The notes below the pieces were generated by a model that saw nothing but the letters and a program-made list of their open reading frames with translations, searched no databases and had not been told where the DNA came from. The translations under genes and the position numbers were made by a program. From a virus (lineage: Duplodnaviria; Caudoviricetes), in IMG/VR virus record IMGVR_UViG_3300015200_000128, positions 1 to 45,237 of that record: a stretch of DNA of 45,237 nt; one strand, given 5' to 3'. Below, piece by piece: positions 17,340-28,162 of the stretch. Numbering within the stretch: position 1 is the first letter of the stretch; each line of letters opens with the position of its first letter.

Positions 17340-20291
17340 CTATGCGGGGCCGATGGCAATCCAGTTGATAGGCATGTTGGCGACCGTCGCGGCGGTGCCG
17401 TCGCGCTGGGACATGAGCGCACGGAAGTTGGACGCAGTGATGCTGTCAGCGAGCGCGAACCAGCCGTTGTAGATGCCCGCGCTGGCGACGACGATTGGAG
17501 CTGACGAGAACGCGGGCGAGAACGTGACGGTCGCCGTTGCGACGTTCGACGCACTGGCAGACACCAGAACCGACCCGCGCTGGATACGCAGACCGGCTGG
17601 CTGGATGAGCCGGGTGCCGCCCTCGTACAGTCCGCCATCCGCCCTGAACGGTCCCGGCGTGTACGGGGCACCGGCAAACCAGCGCCCAATCCACGTATCA
17701 CCGGAAAGACCCAACGACCCATACGAAACGATGTTGTCGCTGGCGGTGACGCCACCCCGGACGTCCAGCCCGCCGCCAACCTGAAGGCTCTGGTTGGTGA
17801 GCATGCGCAGCCCGTTGGCGACGTACAGGACGCTGTCGTCGCCGTTGCGCAGGGCTAGCAGCACCCAGTTCGACGGCGGTGGGGCCATCGCATTCTGGTA
17901 GCCAACGATGCGGAAGTCGGCAGCCGTGATGGCGGAGTTACCCAGCCCCTTGGGCAGGACGACGTACAGCGCATCCCAGATACCGATGGTGATGCCTGCC
18001 GCCGTGAACGACCGGGCACTTGCTCCACCGACAGTGGTCACCGCGCCAGATGTCGGGCAGTTGATGTCGTAGTAGCCATTGGCCGCGCTGTCGCTACCGT
18101 TGCCCTGCGCGATGACGATGAAGCGCGACGCCCACTTGAAGTTGCCGGACGGGTCAAACGTGCAGACGCCGCCACCGGTCACCCACTGCCCCGCCCGAAG
18201 GCCATACATCCCGAAGCCGTCGAGGGGCGGGACGGTCAGCGCCCCGGCGACATCGCTCGACACGGCGGCGTCGCCGCCGAACAGCAGCCCGTTGGCCCCA
18301 CCCTCGACCACGTCCCGCACGCCGCCAGCCGAACCCTTGTAGCGCAGCAGCCCGCCCTTGGTGGCATCGACCTGCACACCACCGGCATCGACCACCGTTG
18401 CTCCCACCGTGGCCGGGTTCCACGGGGTAGCGACGATGCTCTCCTCCAACTTGATGCCGTCCCACCACGCCGCCGACCCGGCGGGCGAAGACCAGCAGAT
18501 GACCGACACGAACACGTCCATGTCGGCGGGTGCCACCCAGACGGGGGTCTTGTACCGCTCCCAGTCGGTCAGCACGTTCGGCAGGTGGACGGCCTCAACT
18601 TGGACGAATACCGCCGACGGTGACTGCAACCGAATCTGCGCGACAGCATCGCCCTGTGTGCGCATCAGCCCGGACAGGACGTACGACCTGCCCTCGCGGA
18701 CCTTCATGTAGGTCGAGTACATGAGGTGATAGGGCGCGACACCGTCCGGGTCAACGCGCAGCGAGCGTGTGCCGTACACGGCCTCACCGGTATCGACGCT
18801 GAAGCGAGGCGCGATGCCGCCGTTGTATTCCCACGGCCAGACGTAGTTGACGCCCCACTTGTCCAGCACCGCGACCGTCGAGTCGAACGGGATGTTGATG
18901 CTGTCGAGAGTCGGCCCGGTCGTGGCATTGGGGATGAACCACGCCCGCCACCACAGGTACTGGGTCTTGGGTACCGATGTGAGCGACGAGTACCACGCTG
19001 TCGGGGCACCAGCTCCAGCCGTCGCCGCCGAGCCATACTCGATGACGAGACTGGCCCCGGCAGGCACGTTTGATGCCACGACCGGGGCCTGCCAGTTGAC
19101 CGGCACCGCAGCCAGCGTCTTCTTATGGGTCGTCAGCGCCCAGCGTGGCGTAAAAGAACGAGAGGACGCTGCCCCCAGAGCAGGAGAGTCAGTGTTCCAG
19201 ACGGTGACCGTGACAGTAACGGGCGTGCCGTTGGTGAGAGCAAGGGTGTCGAGCGTCCACGACTGGTCACCGCCGGACCTGAACCCGCTGTCGTAGCCGG
19301 GAGCGGTGACTTGGAAGTACGCCTGTGGCTGGTCGCTCGACCAGTCCACTGCCAGCCGGGGCTGCCCGTTGTACAGCATCCGCCGATTGGCGTTGATGGT
19401 GACGACGGGGTTGGCCTTGATGCTGAACGACTGGCGTGCGCTGTAGGGGCCGTAGCCCACGGCAGCATCGGCAGTGCGTACCTCCCACTGGTAGGTCGTA
19501 CCCCGGAGCAAACCGACTGGTGCCACCAGCGACTGCTGGCTGGCGGGCGATGGGTTCCACGTATACAGCAGGGTCGTTCCACCACCGTCGTAGACGCGCA
19601 CCTCGGCGTTGGCCTGCGGGTCGTTCTGTGGGTCGTGGTGAGTCCAACTGAAGGTCGGGGTGTCGGTCTGGCTGACCGCCCCGTTGGCGGGGCCCGTCGG
19701 GGTCGGCGCGGTCGGCGCGGACTGCGACTCGTAGTCGATGGACAGGGTGGCGTCGTAGCCGCCGGTCTTGCCATTCGCCCACAGCTCGGTGTACTGGCCG
19801 GTCCCGTTGTTGTCGAACACGAACACCGGCTTGGACGTGCCGCTACCGTTCTGCCAGTAGTAGCGCATGGCAGCGGTGACGTCGATGGTCTTGGCCGCGT
19901 TCTCGGTCGTGCCTGACGAGAACGACACCCGGTCAGTGCTTGACGAGGAGATGTCGTCGGCCTGTGTGTTGTTGCCACCGGTGAAGCCCGACTCGCAGTT
20001 CTGGCTGCCCGCGCCTTTGCTCCAGATGGGCGCAGTGATGTTCATGCGCGAGCAGTAGATGCTGCTGTTCTTCGGACCGACGTGCTGGAAGTCGCTGATG
20101 TAGACGGTCAGCGTCGCCTTGGTGATGGCGGTCCACGCCGACCAGCCAGCGGGCACCGGGAAGCGGATGGCGGAGCGGTAGTCCGCGCCACTGTAGTCGC
20201 CGACCGGCAGGTGGTTGCCCAGTCCAGCCGCGATGGCCGTATCGACCCGGGTCGCGACGGATGCTTCGCTGGTGACCTTGACGTTCGGCAT
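17340..20291 (-). CDS. Tail fibre / receptor-binding protein, 983 aa
   Basis: Beta-rich; FN3-like (TPTFSW...YQWEVRT), carbohydrate-binding-like segment, C-terminal IQRG...VTFSPAFSSAPIVV...INWIAIG fibre-tip pattern. Confidence 0.8.
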   Translation of the reverse strand: MPNVKVTSEASVATRVDTAIAAGLGNHLPVGDYSGADYRSAIRFPVPAGWSAWTAITKATLTVYISDFQHVGPKNSSIYCSRMNITAPIWSKGAGSQNCESGFTGGNNTQADDISSSSTDRVSFSSGTTENAAKTIDVTAAMRYYWQNGSGTSKPVFVFDNNGTGQYTELWANGKTGGYDATLSIDYESQSAPTAPTPTGPANGAVSQTDTPTFSWTHHDPQNDPQANAEVRVYDGGGTTLLYTWNPSPASQQSLVAPVGLLRGTTYQWEVRTADAAVGYGPYSARQSFSIKANPVVTINANRRMLYNGQPRLAVDWSSDQPQAYFQVTAPGYDSGFRSGGDQSWTLDTLALTNGTPVTVTVTVWNTDSPALGAASSRSFTPRWALTTHKKTLAAVPVNWQAPVVASNVPAGASLVIEYGSAATAGAGAPTAWYSSLTSVPKTQYLWWRAWFIPNATTGPTLDSINIPFDSTVAVLDKWGVNYVWPWEYNGGIAPRFSVDTGEAVYGTRSLRVDPDGVAPYHLMYSTYMKVREGRSYVLSGLMRTQGDAVAQIRLQSPSAVFVQVEAVHLPNVLTDWERYKTPVWVAPADMDVFVSVICWSSPAGSAAWWDGIKLEESIVATPWNPATVGATVVDAGGVQVDATKGGLLRYKGSAGGVRDVVEGGANGLLFGGDAAVSSDVAGALTVPPLDGFGMYGLRAGQWVTGGGVCTFDPSGNFKWASRFIVIAQGNGSDSAANGYYDINCPTSGAVTTVGGASARSFTAAGITIGIWDALYVVLPKGLGNSAITAADFRIVGYQNAMAPPPSNWVLLALRNGDDSVLYVANGLRMLTNQSLQVGGGLDVRGGVTASDNIVSYGSLGLSGDTWIGRWFAGAPYTPGPFRADGGLYEGGTRLIQPAGLRIQRGSVLVSASASNVATATVTFSPAFSSAPIVVASAGIYNGWFALADSITASNFRALMSQRDGTAATVANMPINWIAIGPA

Positions 20292-23200
20292 CAGACGGTC
20301 GTCATGGTGAGGTTGCTCGCTCCCGTCGTGATGTTCGTGTCGGCACCGACCCTCGTGGCGTTCCAGTCAGCTGCCACATCCCACAGATTCGGGGTGATGA
20401 CAGTCTGGCCGAAGGCACCCAGCTCAAACGAGCTGTTCGGAATCATGTTGTGCCCACCACGGGCCGAGCCGAAGGTGATGCTCGCCGCGTCGATGCCGTT
20501 CGGAGTGATGCTGACCACGGCAATGGGGTTGAGCGCATCACTGATGTCCCAGACGAACAGCCCCGCCTCGTCAATCGTCATCTTGTACGAGGGGTTGCCC
20601 GCGTAGCCCGCACGCGGGGGGTCAAGCAGGGTGATGCCGTTGGCATCCCACAGCCCGACGGTCTGACCGGCGCTGTCCACGACCTTGATGGCAGCGGCCA
20701 TGCTACCGACCTGCCCACCGACGGTCAGCGACCCGGCCTTAATCCAGTCGGCGTTAATCTTCCCGCTGAAGATGCTGCCGATGATGGCGTCGTTCCAGAC
20801 CAGCGAGCTGGCCGGGAGGGCAGTCGGGGTCGCCGTCCCACCTGACACCCAACCCTTCTCGGCAGCAGCAAGGTCGGCAATCTTGTAGCTCAGCCCATCG
20901 ACGGGGTCCAGCGTGTTGCCGGAGCGGTCAACCGAGCGCAGGCGCACGTCATAGGCCTGCTCGTTGGTGAGGCCAACGATGACGAACACCGTGCCCGGGA
21001 CCTCGGCAGCCTGCCAGTTACCGGCGGGCGAGGTGCGCCACTGGGCCTCGACGTGGGACAGGTCATCGGCAGCGATGGGCGACCAACGCACCCCGATGAC
21101 GTTCATCCCACCAGCAGCCACGATGTCGGTGGGCGGTGGCGGGCCAGTGTCATCGCCGACCGTGTTCATCTGGACGGCAGCCGAGTAAGCCGAGCGGTTG
21201 TTCGACAGGTCCTGTGCCGCGACACGCACCCAGTACGGGGTGGCAGCAAGGGCACCGGGCTGGACGATGGTGGTATCAAGCGTGCCGGTCTTGTCCGCTG
21301 ACTGGACCTGCCACTGGGTCGCCAGTGTCCAGTCAGGCACACCGCCAGCTCCGAAGCGGGTGGACTGGAGGACGTAGTAGGCGAGGTCTGTCAGCCCACT
21401 GGGCGGAGTGGCATAACCCGCCACCACGGTGATGGCAACAGCCGGGGTGCCATCCTCCTGCTGGACGAGCGCCGAGCTGGGCGTGCCCTTGATGACGGGC
21501 GTGTCCGGGGCGATGTTGTCGCGAGTGCCATCGACACCGGGCGGGCCCATGGGTCCGGTCGGGCCGATGGGACCAATCGGTCCCGGCGGGCCGTCCGCCC
21601 CGGGCTCACCCGGAATGCCCTGTGGCCCCTCAGGGCCCTCCGCACCGGGCGGACCGGGGTAAACGATGGTGATGGTCACGTCCGTGCCAGCCGGTGGCTG
21701 TGACGGGCTGGTGGTGGGCCACGGACCGACGGGGATGGACTTGATGGTCGCGCCGGTAACGGCCCCGCGCACGGGCAGGCGCAGCGCAGCTCCGGTCCAC
21801 TCGATGAGGATGACGTCGTCAGGCAGCAGCGCGGCGATGACGCCAGCATGGTCCTCGGCTGCGAGGTTCAGGCTGTGCAGCATGAGGACGTTGTTGCCCT
21901 CGGTCAGGATGGAGCTGAAGGCGGTGGCCTGACCCGAGGCAGGGTTACCGGTGGCTGCCGTCTTCCAGTCGTACAGCCCGAGGACCCCGATGTCCCCAGC
22001 TGGACCCGGTGGCCCCTCCGGTCCGGGCGGTCCCGGGGCACCGATGATGGTGTTGTCGGTCAGGACCCAGTTGCCGTCTTGGTCCTTCTCCCAGACCTCG
22101 CCGGTCGAGGTGTCCAGCCACCAGCCGTTGAGGTCGTCCTCGGTCGGAGGCCGGTTGTCCACGCCCCACTCGGGCGTGTTCAGGATGGGTGCCGAGGGGA
22201 TGAGGTCGGGGTTCGGCGGGACGTTGTCCTCACGGGGCAGGATGGTCAGCCCGGTGTCGGTGTGCCCGTCCGGGTAGCTCTGCCAGCTCCAGCCCCAGAT
22301 GGTCCAGTAGCCGGAGCCGTACCTCGTGGTATCAACCACGCCGCGCTGGATACGCACCGGCACCGAGTCGCAGATGTCCCAGCCATCCTTGATGTCGATG
22401 CTGTCCACGCGGATGCCGAGGGCGATGCGCTTGCCCAGCTTGGCGACGTTGACCGCCGCCTGCTTGGTCCGCCGGGTCAGGTCGTTCTGGTCCTCAAGGT
22501 CGGCCCACACCTGCACCCGGGGGAACGAACCCCAGACCACCTCGTCAATGCCCGGGGCGTTCTCCTTGGCGTAGAACGGCCTAGCCCCTTCGGCGGTGCG
22601 CCCGATGCCGTGGACCTTGGTCCCCCACTGGCCGAACGGGATGACCTGAAAGCCCTGCACCAGCCCGCCGTACTCCAGCCGGATGTTGTTGCGGTCCACG
22701 CCCGGGCTGTAGATGACCCGCCATTCGAAGCTGGAGTCGGCGTTGCGCTGGCAGACCAGCCGGGTGCGCCGTCCGGTGCCTGCCCGGTGGCTGTCGATGA
22801 GCCCGCTGATGAAGCCCAGCCGCTCCTTGAACGTGGCGAAGATGGTGACCTCTTCGGTCATGTTCGCGATGTCGCCGACGTTGATGAACTTGACCGGGCT
22901 GTTCGGCGCGTCGCGGGCCTTGGTGAGCTGGTCGGTGACGACGTACTTGATGGTGTCCTTGACGTACTTGCCACCACCAGACTCCACCGGGGTATCAGGT
23001 GCGGCCAAGTTGAAGCGCTCGTCGCTGAGCATGCCCAGCACGCCGATGTAATCCACCCCGTAGAAGACCGCCTCGTCCTCGTCGGCATCGAAGTCGGTCA
23101 TCAACCCGTTCAGGATGGGACGCCAGCCCTGCCCCCGGTACTGCTCCAGACTGAAGTGGGTCTGGAACGGCTCGATGACGCTGACCTGCGGATGCGTGGC

Positions 23201-24718
23201 CGGAAGGGTGAAGAAGAACTCGCCCGGTGCGTTGTAGTACTCGCTGCCGCCCACGTTGGCGGCGTCGTAGATGTCGGCGACGAGCTTGCCCGGGGCACGG
23301 TTCGGACCCATCGCGAAGATGCGCACACGGAAGCGACCGAGTCGTCCGTAGCCGGTCAGGAACTCGTTGTCACCGGGCTCGGGTTCGTAGCCCTTGGTCA
23401 GGCTGAACGTCCCGTACACCCACGGGCTCGTCGCGTCGTACTCGTCCTGCGCCCGCATCCTCCACGAGTAGCCGCCCGGGTCGAGGCCTCCACCCTGATA
23501 GCGGACCCTGATGAGGCTCGGGCTCGCTGGGTCCACCGGGTAGAGGGTCAGTCCGCTGTCCCAGTAGCCGCCGCCGCTGTCCCAGATAGGGTCGCCCGGA
23601 GGGGTAGTACCCCGGACCTGTACCTGCACCCGGGTCGGGCGTGCCGGTCCATCCGGGTCCGCGTACAGGGCTTGGAAGGTCACTCCGTCCAACGTCTCGT
23701 ACGTCAGGCCGACCGGGGAGGGGGCGCTCAGCGACGGTGGGTTGGACAGCTTCCTGATGGGTAGCTTGTCCGACCACGCGGTCACTTCCCCGAGCTGGTT
23801 CCAGACCTTGACCCACCAGTCGTAGTTCGTCAGCGATGCGAGAGACGGGGGGACGAGGACCGAGAAGGTATTCGTCGCCGTATCGTTGGCCCCGCCAATG
23901 AGCTGGCCGCTGTCCCATACCGATGTCGTGCCTCCGGGCTTGAGAACCTGCACCTGAAACTTCGACAGGTGGTCTTCGCTCCGACCGGGCTCGTAGTGCC
24001 CGGTGAAGAACATCTCCGGTCCGCCGGGGAAGTCGCCGACCGGCGCGTCACCGAAGACCTGACCCGGCCCGCCCTTGGGCTCGTAGGTGATGCGCAGGAC
24101 CGGGCGCAGGGCCACGTTCTGGTGGTCCTTGGAGGCGAACACGTTGTCGTGGTAGTACGCCTCGGGGAGGCTTCCGGCCACGCGCATGAGGAAGCCGTAG
24201 TTGGTGAGGCCAAGGCAGGCCTTGCCAGCAGGGTCCTTGACCGTCTTCGGCGCGATGCCCCGGACGATGCTCGTGACATCAAACGTGCTGAGCCCGCCGT
24301 TGACGTAGCTCTGGACCTTGTACCAGCGCTTGAAGTTGGCGTCCTCGGTCAGGTCGTTGGAGTCAACAGCCCCGGTCCAGCCACCCTCGCCGCCACCCGT
24401 CTCGGTCCACGAGTTGGGCTTGCGGGTAATCATCAGGTCGGACTCGCCCGAGTGACGGCTGTCCGGCTTCATCGTGCTGTGGTCGGTGACCGAGTAGAGC
24501 AACAGCTCGGCCTTCAGCAGCTTGCCGACCTGTGACCAGTCGGGGGCGAACTGGATGATGGACTTGTGTTCGTTGTTGTGGTTCGTCTCGTAGCCAGCCA
24601 GCAGGTGCCACTCACCCTTGGCTTGCTTCCACGCACTCCACGCCGCGCTCTCACTGGTGCGTGTCCGGCGCATCGCAGTGTCCCGCGTCGGCGAGAGCAG
24701 GAACTGCTGCGAGGCCAC
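20291..24718 (-). CDS. Large tail/baseplate protein with FN3 and collagen-like repeats, 1475 aa
   Basis: Central hub-like region, GXY tracts ~21530-21660 and ~21995-22045, FN3 motifs, [11 protein letters not shown]. Confidence 0.8.
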   Translation of the reverse strand: MASQQFLLSPTRDTAMRRTRTSESAAWSAWKQAKGEWHLLAGYETNHNNEHKSIIQFAPDWSQVGKLLKAELLLYSVTDHSTMKPDSRHSGESDLMITRKPNSWTETGGGEGGWTGAVDSNDLTEDANFKRWYKVQSYVNGGLSTFDVTSIVRGIAPKTVKDPAGKACLGLTNYGFLMRVAGSLPEAYYHDNVFASKDHQNVALRPVLRITYEPKGGPGQVFGDAPVGDFPGGPEMFFTGHYEPGRSEDHLSKFQVQVLKPGGTTSVWDSGQLIGGANDTATNTFSVLVPPSLASLTNYDWWVKVWNQLGEVTAWSDKLPIRKLSNPPSLSAPSPVGLTYETLDGVTFQALYADPDGPARPTRVQVQVRGTTPPGDPIWDSGGGYWDSGLTLYPVDPASPSLIRVRYQGGGLDPGGYSWRMRAQDEYDATSPWVYGTFSLTKGYEPEPGDNEFLTGYGRLGRFRVRIFAMGPNRAPGKLVADIYDAANVGGSEYYNAPGEFFFTLPATHPQVSVIEPFQTHFSLEQYRGQGWRPILNGLMTDFDADEDEAVFYGVDYIGVLGMLSDERFNLAAPDTPVESGGGKYVKDTIKYVVTDQLTKARDAPNSPVKFINVGDIANMTEEVTIFATFKERLGFISGLIDSHRAGTGRRTRLVCQRNADSSFEWRVIYSPGVDRNNIRLEYGGLVQGFQVIPFGQWGTKVHGIGRTAEGARPFYAKENAPGIDEVVWGSFPRVQVWADLEDQNDLTRRTKQAAVNVAKLGKRIALGIRVDSIDIKDGWDICDSVPVRIQRGVVDTTRYGSGYWTIWGWSWQSYPDGHTDTGLTILPREDNVPPNPDLIPSAPILNTPEWGVDNRPPTEDDLNGWWLDTSTGEVWEKDQDGNWVLTDNTIIGAPGPPGPEGPPGPAGDIGVLGLYDWKTAATGNPASGQATAFSSILTEGNNVLMLHSLNLAAEDHAGVIAALLPDDVILIEWTGAALRLPVRGAVTGATIKSIPVGPWPTTSPSQPPAGTDVTITIVYPGPPGAEGPEGPQGIPGEPGADGPPGPIGPIGPTGPMGPPGVDGTRDNIAPDTPVIKGTPSSALVQQEDGTPAVAITVVAGYATPPSGLTDLAYYVLQSTRFGAGGVPDWTLATQWQVQSADKTGTLDTTIVQPGALAATPYWVRVAAQDLSNNRSAYSAAVQMNTVGDDTGPPPPTDIVAAGGMNVIGVRWSPIAADDLSHVEAQWRTSPAGNWQAAEVPGTVFVIVGLTNEQAYDVRLRSVDRSGNTLDPVDGLSYKIADLAAAEKGWVSGGTATPTALPASSLVWNDAIIGSIFSGKINADWIKAGSLTVGGQVGSMAAAIKVVDSAGQTVGLWDANGITLLDPPRAGYAGNPSYKMTIDEAGLFVWDISDALNPIAVVSITPNGIDAASITFGSARGGHNMIPNSSFELGAFGQTVITPNLWDVAADWNATRVGADTNITTGASNLTMTTV

Positions 24719-24720
24719 GG

Positions 24721-25647
24721 TCAGGCGAACGCCTCGTTGTGCATCAACCGGCTGCCGGTGTCGATGCCGTTGCCGGTGATGACGAAGGACCCTGCCTTGC
24801 CGATGATGTAGTCGTCGCCGCCCGGGCGGACGAGAGGCCGGTTGGCGTTGGAGTCCAGCGTCAGGAGGTCCATGCGCAGGGCCTCGACGGCGTTCTCCTC
24901 CAGCGTCAGGATGCCGCCGAGCGAAGCCGAGTAGCGGAGGATGCGGTGGTTGGCCGAGCTGGGCACGGTGATGGTCAGGTCGGCCAGACCAATCTGGAAC
25001 CTGATGCTGCCACTGGCTGCCGCCCCAGCTGCGATGTCGATGAGGATGTCCACGGGGGCGGGATAGTCACCCCGGTTGGGGAGCCGTCCCGACTCGCTGC
25101 CGTTGAAGTACGTCCACACAGGCGCTCGCAGGTAGATGCGCGGGTCCTTGCACTCAAGGTCGGCGGACCACTCGATGGCCCCGCCCTTGAGGTGGTTGCC
25201 ACCCGCGCCTGTGTCACGCCGGATACGGAACGCGGGCTGCGCACGCGGGCGGGCGAAGACCTGAAGCTGCCGCCAGCCCGTGCCGAAGTCTTCGAAGTTC
25301 TGGGTCGGCGTGTCGAAGGTCAGCGGCAGGTATCCCTTCTGGCTGGGGCTGGCGGCGTAGGCCCCGGTCGGGCTCAGCGCCGAGACGAGGTCCTGAAGCC
25401 GGTCGAACGCATCGGCCCGCGTCTCGCCGTAGATGAAGCCACGAAGGTGAACCTGTCGGGCCGAGAGATAGACGTCCGAGGCGTCGTTGCCGTCACCCTG
25501 CGCTCGCTTCTCGGTATAGCCCACGCCCATGACCGTGCCGAAGTCAGCCTCCTCGACAAGGCAGCCACGGCGCTTGCCATCACCTGACTGAATCTCGACG
25601 GTGTTGAGGGCGTATCCCCGGTAGCTGATGGGCTGGTCGAGGTCCAT
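24721..25647 (-). CDS. Distal-tail (Dit)-like protein
   Basis: [28 protein letters not shown] motifs; position. Confidence 0.65.
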   Translation of the reverse strand: MDLDQPISYRGYALNTVEIQSGDGKRRGCLVEEADFGTVMGVGYTEKRAQGDGNDASDVYLSARQVHLRGFIYGETRADAFDRLQDLVSALSPTGAYAASPSQKGYLPLTFDTPTQNFEDFGTGWRQLQVFARPRAQPAFRIRRDTGAGGNHLKGGAIEWSADLECKDPRIYLRAPVWTYFNGSESGRLPNRGDYPAPVDILIDIAAGAAASGSIRFQIGLADLTITVPSSANHRILRYSASLGGILTLEENAVEALRMDLLTLDSNANRPLVRPGGDDYIIGKAGSFVITGNGIDTGSRLMHNEAFA

Positions 25648-25648
25648 G

Positions 25649-26377
25649 TCACAGGTACTGCGGGCCGATGGACGGGACCCGGCGGTAGGTAGCCGAGCGC
25701 TTGCGCTGGCGCTCGACGTCACCGACGGCGTTGCTGAGCATCCCCTGAATCTGGGTCGGGCTGACGTCGGTGTTGTTGGTGGCAGCAAGCCACTGCTGAT
25801 ACAGGGCCCGGTCGTTGTTCAGGAGCTGGAAGCCCAGCGCCCTGCACTCACGGGTCAGGCACAGCTGGTCGATGGCGTCCTCAAGGTCGAGGACCTCGTT
25901 GTCGTCGCTGCCCGGGATGGTCCGGTCCCGGTAGCCGTACATGACGATGGACAGCGGTGCCCCGATGTGGCCGAACCACGCATCCATCTGGTTGACGACC
26001 CAGCGCCCGAACCACAGCGCACCCGAGTAGAAGTCCCAGCCAATCTGGACAGCTGGCTGGTCGGGGCTGGTGTAGGGCAGGACGTAGGCCTGATTGACGG
26101 CGGTCGGGTCAGCCGGGTTGGTTGCGACCACCTGCCAGATGCTGGTCAGAATCTGGGGCTGGATGAACTGCGTGTCGCCGTAGACGATGGGCTCGTAGTT
26201 CGCCGTCTCGATGGCCTCGATGGGGCGATAGCCGCCCAGTGACATCAAGCCCTCGGCGATGAAGTCGTTGACAGCGTCCACCCCGAAGACGGTGTTGCCC
26301 TCGTCCCGCAGGGTGCGTGACACCAAAGTCCGCATCTCTGCGAGCGTGGGCGGGCTATAGGTCGGCGAGCGCGGCAT
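25649..26377 (-). CDS. Head-tail adaptor-like protein
   Basis: TLAEMRTLV...VNDFIAEG N-terminus; follows capsid gene. Confidence 0.6.
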   Translation of the reverse strand: MPRSPTYSPPTLAEMRTLVSRTLRDEGNTVFGVDAVNDFIAEGLMSLGGYRPIEAIETANYEPIVYGDTQFIQPQILTSIWQVVATNPADPTAVNQAYVLPYTSPDQPAVQIGWDFYSGALWFGRWVVNQMDAWFGHIGAPLSIVMYGYRDRTIPGSDDNEVLDLEDAIDQLCLTRECRALGFQLLNNDRALYQQWLAATNNTDVSPTQIQGMLSNAVGDVERQRKRSATYRRVPSIGPQYL

Positions 26378-26401
26378 GACAGGGACCTCCCCTTAGGGCT
26401 G

Positions 26402-26434
26402 ATGGGGGCACAAGGACTGACCTTGCGCCCCCAT
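26402..26434 (-). terminator. Hairpin/attenuator after capsid gene
   Basis: ATGGGGGCACAAGG/CCTTGCGCCCCCAT. Confidence 0.55.
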
Positions 26435-26441
26435 GTTGCTG

Positions 26442-27494
26442 CTACGGGGTGAAGTCGGCCTGCGTCCAGCGCTCGGCGGTGATGTTCGTGGCCGGACCCA
26501 TCGCGGGGGTGCCAGCGAACTTGACGGTGGTCAGGCCCCACATGCCCTTCCAGCCCACCAGTCCACGCTGGGCCAACGGGTCCGCGTGGTCGCCACCGGG
26601 AGCAACCCGGTAGGCCTGAATGGTCTGGTAGTCGCCCCATGCGAAGAAGTCGGGGCCGAACAGGAGGGACTTGTCGTTGGCGACGCGGGTGGACTCGATG
26701 AACCGGACGCCCCGGAACTTCCCAATCTCCCCGTTGAGGAGGGTCTGGGGGTTGGCGTACTTCTGGGTGTCGGTCCATCCCAGCTCGCCGACCTCGGTCA
26801 TAATCTTGCCCGCGTCCGTGGGCGAGACGATGGCGTGATAGGTCCCGTCGGGGAACATCGGGACCTCGGCAATCTTCATCGCCGTGACGTAGTCCACGAT
26901 GCGCTGGACAGCGGTCGCCGCCGCCGACGTGATGCCGATGCCGTTGTCGGCACCGCCCAACAGGGCAGCGATGTCCTTCTCCAGCGTGTCGATGGCGTTC
27001 CACGCCACCTTCTCCGCCGCCGTCGAGTACAGGTCGAACGGGGACATGAGGTCCGCGAGGTCGGTGATGGCGACGAGCTTGCCCTTCTGGGTCCCGAAGA
27101 AGGACGCGCTGTCGAACTGGAGCTTTTCCGTCTCGGGCGGAACACCCTCCAGCAGGGTGACGGCGGGGCTCAGGTCCGCGAACGCGGTGTACACGAACCC
27201 CCGGGTGCCGGGGACGTTCTTCGCCCGGACATACGCCCCGAGCTGGGAGATGACGGGCTGGCTCCGCAGGTTCTGGATGATGTTGCGGAGGACGAGGGTG
27301 CTGACGACAGCCGCGAACTTGGCGTCGAGGTTGCCCCCCGACGGGTTCGGGTTGAACGCGGCACCGGCGACGCCAGCGGCGGTGGTGCCTGCAAGCGACG
27401 GCGGAATGGGCTGGACGTTGACCGCCGCATCCCATCCCTGAACGCCACCTTGCGGACTGCCAACGCCACCGGCAGTTCCTGAAGTATTCGCCAT
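26442..27494 (-). CDS. Major capsid protein (HK97 fold, N4-gp56-like motifs)
   Basis: LLEGVPP, YHAIVSP, GEIGKFRGVRFIES, DPLAQRGLVGWK. Confidence 0.92.
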   Translation of the reverse strand: MANTSGTAGGVGSPQGGVQGWDAAVNVQPIPPSLAGTTAAGVAGAAFNPNPSGGNLDAKFAAVVSTLVLRNIIQNLRSQPVISQLGAYVRAKNVPGTRGFVYTAFADLSPAVTLLEGVPPETEKLQFDSASFFGTQKGKLVAITDLADLMSPFDLYSTAAEKVAWNAIDTLEKDIAALLGGADNGIGITSAAATAVQRIVDYVTAMKIAEVPMFPDGTYHAIVSPTDAGKIMTEVGELGWTDTQKYANPQTLLNGEIGKFRGVRFIESTRVANDKSLLFGPDFFAWGDYQTIQAYRVAPGGDHADPLAQRGLVGWKGMWGLTTVKFAGTPAMGPATNITAERWTQADFTP

Positions 27495-27506
27495 GAGCGG
27501 GGCTCC

Positions 27507-28106
27507 TTATCCTTGGCCCAGCGCTCGCTGCCTTTCCCTCTCCATCTCAAGCGGTGCAAGGTTCGCCAGCTCTTGGAGCAGCTCTTCCTTGGTCATGTCC
27601 GCTATGGACTTCTGAGTGACGGTCGTCCGCACCGGGTTGTTTGCATCGACGTGACCGGTCGGCTCGGGCCGAGGCGGCGCGGAGTAGGTGGCGTTCAGGC
27701 GGGCGAGAGTCTCGTCCTTGGCGGCGACCCAGAGCGGGTCATCCGGCGCAATCTCTTGCGCAAGGCCGGGGAACCGGAGCCTGCGCTCCGTCATCTGTCG
27801 GGCCTGACGTTCCTGTTCCAGTTCGCGCTGCGTCTGCTCGTACCGAACCTTGTAGCTCGGTTCGCCGCCTGCTGCGGCTGCGCCTGCCTGCCCGCCCTCG
27901 ACAGAACGCTGGAGAGTCTCCATCTGACGACGGAGTTCCTCGACCTCTGCGTTGTGTGCGCGGTCGCGCTGGCTGAACCGGTTACGCCAGATGGCCTCGA
28001 CTTCTTCGGGTGACTGAGAAACGGCGGGTGCGGAGCCTTCAGCAGGTGACGCTGCGGGCTGCGCCTCTCCGTTCGTCAGGGCCGGGTTGTCGGGCGATAG
28101 GGCCAC
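27507..28106 (-). CDS. Scaffolding protein
   Basis: Coiled coil, SIADMTKEEL tail, directly before capsid; GTG 28106 with GGGAGG RBS. Confidence 0.75.
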   Translation of the reverse strand: MALSPDNPALTNGEAQPAASPAEGSAPAVSQSPEEVEAIWRNRFSQRDRAHNAEVEELRRQMETLQRSVEGGQAGAAAAGGEPSYKVRYEQTQRELEQERQARQMTERRLRFPGLAQEIAPDDPLWVAAKDETLARLNATYSAPPRPEPTGHVDANNPVRTTVTQKSIADMTKEELLQELANLAPLEMERERQRALGQG

Positions 28107-28162
28107 CGTATCTGTACCTCCCACTTGATACCACATCGGAGGTGACGTGGACAGGGGGAAGT

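Noticed and set aside
17340-17800. Diversity-generating retroelement targeting the tail fibre tip
   Set aside because: No reverse transcriptase and no template-repeat copy seen in the window
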